Below, piece by piece: positions 25,359 through 28,611 of a stretch of DNA of 28,611 nt. The position numbers and the translations under genes are program-made. Each line of letters starts with the position of its first letter. Within the stretch, counting starts at the first letter, position 1. This stretch comes from a virus. Taxonomy: Duplodnaviria; Caudoviricetes. The DNA is taken from positions 1 to 28,611 of the IMG/VR virus record IMGVR_UViG_3300010048_000364, one strand, 5' to 3'. The notes beneath the pieces were generated by a model. The model was not told the DNA's origin. It made no database searches and worked only from the letters and a program-made list of their open reading frames with translations.

Positions 25359-25855
25359 TGAGCGTCACCTGCATCGCGCCCGACGGCGCTCGCTTTTCGA
25401 ACTCATGGTGGGAGTGGCGGCCGCTGGCGCGGTACTGCTTCGCGGTCTGCCCGACCATCCTCGAACGCTCGAACCACTACCGGCGCTGGCAGACCAATGA
25501 CGGCTCGGCGACCGCAGCCGAGGCTTATGCGCTCGGCACCCGGCTCGAACAGGAAGTGCTGAGCGGTCGCTGCCTCGAATACCTGCAGGCGCGACGGCGG
25601 CAGATCGAGGCGATGCCCGACGAGCCGTGCGACCTGTGCAACGCCACCGGCACGCGGCACCACACGCCGCTCACCGCATCGATGTGCGCGACTTTCGGCG
25701 GCGAGCCGGTCGAGGTCGGCCAGTCCTTTGAATGCAACGCGTGCGGCGGGCTCGGCAGCAAGCGACCGAATGAGGATCTCTATTTCTTCACCGTCGAGAA
25801 TGTTGCGGCGTTTGCCGCGTTCTGCCGCCGCTCGGGCGGCTTTGAGGTGACGTGA
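25358..25855 (+). CDS. Hypothetical protein with inserted DnaJ-type zinc finger
   Basis: FSNSWWEWRPL...CDLCNATG...CNACGGLG...FAAFCRRSGGFEV. Confidence 0.75.
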   Translation: MSVTCIAPDGARFSNSWWEWRPLARYCFAVCPTILERSNHYRRWQTNDGSATAAEAYALGTRLEQEVLSGRCLEYLQARRRQIEAMPDEPCDLCNATGTRHHTPLTASMCATFGGEPVEVGQSFECNACGGLGSKRPNEDLYFFTVENVAAFAAFCRRSGGFEVT

Positions 25856-25996
25856 TAGCGCGTCGGGGAGATAGGCGCGTTATGGGTCAAGTCGGTCAGT
25901 GACCCGGGTTTGCATTCCCAAAACAACACCGACCGCCGGTGGCGAATTTAACTCACTCGCGCGATCGGCATTAACCATCGAAGAAGGAGCAAGCAC

Positions 25997-26143
25997 ATGA
26001 AGCGTATCGTTTTGGCACTGGCCGTGGTGGCCGCTGTGGCAGGGGCGTATGTGATGTCGGCAAAAGCCGGTTGCACCACGACCTGCTATCACACCGGCGG
26101 TGGGGCGGGTGCGCCTGACGAAACCTGCCGCACAACCTGCTGA
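25997..26143 (+). CDS. Secreted 4-Cys mini-peptide (48 aa)
   Basis: AAGGAG SD; signal peptide MKRIVLALAVVAAVAGAYVMSAKA, then GCTTTCYHTGGGAGAPDETCRTTC; not in the ORF track. Confidence 0.8.
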   Translation: MKRIVLALAVVAAVAGAYVMSAKAGCTTTCYHTGGGAGAPDETCRTTC

Positions 26144-26152
26144 CCCCGCGAG

Positions 26153-26183
26153 AGGCGGCGCTGCGGTGCCGCCTTTTTTCTTT
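26153..26183 (+). terminator. Rho-independent terminator
   Basis: AGGCGGCGC-TGCG-GTGCCGCCT followed by a T tract, 10 nt after the peptide stop. Confidence 0.85.
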
Positions 26184-26209
26184 CCGCCCTTCGGCGTTAA
26201 AATCCCCGT

Positions 26210-26338
26210 ATGGCCGAGAAGCTTTCCCGCGAGTGTGCCGCCGACGCCAAGCGCGCGGTCATCGCGCATGAGCGCCGGATGCATCGCGGCAAGCGGCCGA
26301 CTTTCCGCGCCAGACGTTCCCGCGCCGGGAGGCGCTGA
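26210..26338 (+). CDS. Small basic protein (42 aa)
   Basis: MAEKLSRECAADAKRAVIAHERRMHRGKRPTFRARRSRAGRR; TAAAAT -10-like box 6 nt upstream of the ATG; TGATG coupling. Confidence 0.6.
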   Translation: MAEKLSRECAADAKRAVIAHERRMHRGKRPTFRARRSRAGRR

Positions 26339-26508
26339 TGCCCGGCCCGAGCCGCTTCTCCGCGAAAGAGGATCGGCAGGCCGCCCATGTAGCCGCTTCC
26401 GAGCGCGCCCGCGGTCGGTCAGCCAGGGATGCCAAACGTATCGCTTATGCGACAATTGTCTCGCGGGGCGGTGGGCGACGTTCAAAGCGTAGGCACAAGC
26501 GCAGGTAA
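26338..26508 (+). CDS. Small basic protein (56 aa), ChaB-like helical pattern
   Basis: MPGPSRFSAKEDRQAAHVAASERARGRSARDAKRIAYATIVSRGGGRRSKRRHKRR. Confidence 0.65.
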   Translation: MPGPSRFSAKEDRQAAHVAASERARGRSARDAKRIAYATIVSRGGGRRSKRRHKRR

Positions 26509-26512
26509 CCAG

Positions 26513-26704
26513 ATGCGCCTCCTTGTCCTCCTCTTGATCATCATCCTGGTGTGCGCGGCCTTTGGCGGGGGCTGGGGCTTTATGAACCGCACGCCCGGCA
26601 CGCCCTGGGCGCAGTACCCCTATAGCGGCTACTACTACGGTGGCGGGGCGATCTGGATCGCGCTCTTGATCCTCTTGCTGCTGATCCTCACCGGGAACCT
26701 ATGA
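26513..26704 (+). CDS. Small membrane protein (DUF3309-like)
   Basis: Two Leu/Ile-rich TM helices joined by a G/W/Y-rich loop. Confidence 0.7.
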   Translation: MRLLVLLLIIILVCAAFGGGWGFMNRTPGTPWAQYPYSGYYYGGGAIWIALLILLLLILTGNL

Positions 26705-26877
26705 GCGAGGACGTGCATGCGCTCTGCCGGGCCAGCTTCCCCGGGCCATGTATCCGCGTCATCGGCAGCGACCTGAAAACCGTCACGCAAACCCTCGAAT
26801 GCGTCGTCTGGTGTCCGCTCTTGAATCGGCGCATCGAGGCAGAGGATGAGGGAGGTGTGGATGGCGGGAATTCTTGA
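26701..26877 (+). CDS. Hypothetical protein (58 aa, 4 Cys)
   Basis: ATGA overlap; fills the gap to the next gene. Confidence 0.45.
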   Translation: MSEDVHALCRASFPGPCIRVIGSDLKTVTQTLECVVWCPLLNRRIEAEDEGGVDGGNS

Positions 26878-27064
26878 CGACCTGGTAGGCGCGGCGCAGG
26901 CCGTTGCCGCGACCTCGGCGAATGCACCCGCAGGCCCGGTGCCCGAGCAGGCGGCGCAACCGAGCGTGAGCGATCGGCTCGCGGCGCTGGAAAACTTCGC
27001 GATCACCTTCGGCCCGGTCCTGGAAAAGCTCGCCCCTCTCTTGGAAAAACTGGAGGCGCTATGA
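26861..27064 (+). CDS. Hypothetical protein (67 aa)
   Basis: GGAGG SD before ATG 26861; ATGA coupling with the lysozyme. Confidence 0.7.
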   Translation: MAGILDDLVGAAQAVAATSANAPAGPVPEQAAQPSVSDRLAALENFAITFGPVLEKLAPLLEKLEAL

Positions 27065-27519
27065 CCAGCTACGCAACCTCGGCGCCCATGCGCCAGCTGA
27101 TCGAATCGTGGGAAGGCTGCAGATTAGAACCGTACCAAGACTCGGTCGGGGTCTGGACAATCGGTTTCGGCCACACGGGCGATGATTGCTACGAGGGCTG
27201 CGACCCGATCGCGCAGGAACAGGCCGACCAGCTGCTCGCCGCCGATCTGCAGCGGTTCGAAGAGGCGGTCAACGGCATGGTTGCCGACGCCACATCGCAG
27301 CAACAGTTCGATGCGATGGTCAGCTTCTCGTATAATCTCGGCGAATCCGCGCTCAGAGGCTCCACATTGCTGCGCCTGCACAACGCGGGCGACTACCAGG
27401 GCGCCGCCGGGCAATTCGGCCGCTGGAACCACGCGGGCGGGCAGGTGCTCGCAGGGCTCACCCGGCGCCGCGAGGGCGAAGCCAAGGTCTATGCGGAGGG
27501 CAATTACAGCGCAGCGTGA
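27061..27519 (+). CDS. Endolysin, GH24 lysozyme
   Basis: Catalytic E-x8-D-x5-T (WEGCRLEPYQDSVGVWTIGFGHT), QFDAMVSFSYNLG, GLTRRREGE. Confidence 0.96.
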   Translation: MTSYATSAPMRQLIESWEGCRLEPYQDSVGVWTIGFGHTGDDCYEGCDPIAQEQADQLLAADLQRFEEAVNGMVADATSQQQFDAMVSFSYNLGESALRGSTLLRLHNAGDYQGAAGQFGRWNHAGGQVLAGLTRRREGEAKVYAEGNYSAA

Positions 27520-27626
27520 TGCCGATCTGGGCGTGGTTCATCCTCGGCTATCTCGTCCTGGCGATCCTCGTCAGCCCGCTCATCACCGCATGCCTGCACG
27601 ACACCAGCGATGACGACTGGCCGTGA
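27519..27626 (+). CDS. Single-TM peptide (35 aa) in the lysis cassette
   Basis: MPIWAWFILGYLVLAILVSPLITACLHDTSDDDWP; TGATG and GTGA coupling. Confidence 0.65.
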   Translation: MPIWAWFILGYLVLAILVSPLITACLHDTSDDDWP

Positions 27627-28003
27627 GCGACAATCCCTCGCCCAACTTCCAGCGCGATCTCGAGGCGGTCGAGGGCTACCACGCGTTTGCTGCGATGCCG
27701 CGCCCGGTCGATCCGCTGCAGGCGCAGACCGCGTTCGAAAAACGCGCCGCGCGGGAGGATTGGGTTGCTCACATCATCGCGATTATTCTAACGAGCGGTT
27801 TTTTTCTTCTCGCGTTCGCGGCATTACTTGGCTTTGTCAATATCAGCAACGCGGCAACCGCAACTTTCCTCGGCACCACAATGGGTTACGCGGTCGGGCA
27901 GTTCCACCCGATCCTGGAACGATACTTTCACGCGAGGGGCGCTAAACTCGCCGACACTGCACCCGCAGCATCGCAACCAACGCAAGAGGAACCGCGCCCA
28001 TGA
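27623..28003 (+). CDS. Putative holin (2 TM)
   Basis: IIAIILTSGFFLLAFAALLGFV and TFLGTTMGYAVG...RYF; adjacent to the endolysin. Confidence 0.6.
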   Translation: MSDNPSPNFQRDLEAVEGYHAFAAMPRPVDPLQAQTAFEKRAAREDWVAHIIAIILTSGFFLLAFAALLGFVNISNAATATFLGTTMGYAVGQFHPILERYFHARGAKLADTAPAASQPTQEEPRP

Positions 28004-28455
28004 CGACACCCACCGATCCCAATGCCCCCGGCGCCACCACCTTCTCGCAGGCGCCAGCGCCCGATCCAGCGACACCCCCTGCTGCCGATCCAGCCGCCGC
28101 ACCCGCCGCGCCCGTCGACGCGACGACCGCGACCGATCCCGCCGCGCCCGCTGTTTCCGATCCCGCAACCGATACCTCGGGTGCTTCGGCCGCGACTGCG
28201 ACCGACACGACCGCCGCAGCCGCAGCCAGCGCCGCGACCGCCGCGGCAACGCCGACGCCCTCAAGCCCGACCAACACGGCGGCCGCCGCTGCGGCGAGCA
28301 CCGTTGGCGCGCTGATGCATATCCTTGGCGACCCGTGCGCGGATGACGATGACGTGATCGAGGCGGCCAAGGTCATCATCGACGCGCTCGACAACTCGAG
28401 CTTTGTCGGGCTGCTGAACACCGCCGATTCGCAGGCCGCGACATCCGACTGCTAG
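28000..28455 (+). CDS. Low-complexity A/T/P/D-rich acidic protein
   Basis: GAGGA SD, ATGA overlap; ~100-aa disordered N-terminus plus a small helical C-terminus. Confidence 0.7.
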   Translation: MTTPTDPNAPGATTFSQAPAPDPATPPAADPAAAPAAPVDATTATDPAAPAVSDPATDTSGASAATATDTTAAAAASAATAAATPTPSSPTNTAAAAAASTVGALMHILGDPCADDDDVIEAAKVIIDALDNSSFVGLLNTADSQAATSDC

Positions 28456-28488
28456 GGGCGTTTGCCTCGTATCCGGTTATTGTCCATC

Positions 28489-28611
28489 CACGCTGACACC
28501 TTTGCCCCTCCCCTCCCGGGTCTGGGGCATTTTTTTTGCCCCGCCCCTGCGCCTCTGTGAGGCCCGCCAGCGCGCGAAGGGCATTTCCGGCTACTGGGGT
28601 AGCTCCCCCTC
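28489..28611. repeat. Right inverted terminal repeat (123 bp)
   Basis: Exact reverse complement of 1-123. Confidence 0.97.

Noticed and set aside
1-28611. Transposon, Polinton/casposon or phi29/tectivirus-like element suggested by the ITRs
   Set aside because: No transposase, integrase, Cas1 or protein-primed PolB is recognisable; the structural genes are of terminase/portal type; flanks are unavailable to test for target duplication.
1-28611. tRNA, rRNA, reverse transcriptase (DGR/retron) or introns/inteins
   Set aside because: No cloverleaf, RT motifs or interrupted core genes were seen by eye; a covariance-model scan would be needed to exclude small RNAs.

Overview
The window looks like a complete or near-complete ~28.6 kb, GC-rich linear podovirus-type phage genome, probably infecting an alphaproteobacterium (inferred). 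It is bounded by a perfect 123-bp inverted terminal repeat (1-123 / 28489-28611). The left ~17.8 kb is a + strand virion module in P22-like order: terminase large subunit, Zn-ribbon protein, portal, scaffold, major capsid, adaptor, nozzle, coiled-coil needle, GNAT-like protein and three ejection proteins, one with a lytic transglycosylase domain. The middle carries a - strand early operon (ERF, YqaJ exonuclease, HNH, C5-methyltransferase, small genes) opposed by an HTH regulator. The right end carries small genes and a GH24 lysozyme/holin cassette. I recognise no DNA polymerase, primase/helicase, initiator, integrase, protelomerase, transposase, small terminase or tailspike. The most unusual signals are: (1) four protamine-like, Arg-rich micro-genes missed by the ORF track, each with a strong RBS, interleaved with two nucleases inside the virion module, plus two more small basic genes near the right end; (2) ITR ends on a terminase-packaged genome with no visible end-replication machinery; (3) an exact 18-bp repeat at four consecutive gene junctions; (4) a methyltransferase with a nested out-of-frame partner gene; (5) a secreted 4-Cys mini-peptide with its own terminator. 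All functional calls come from motif recognition and synteny, not database searches.
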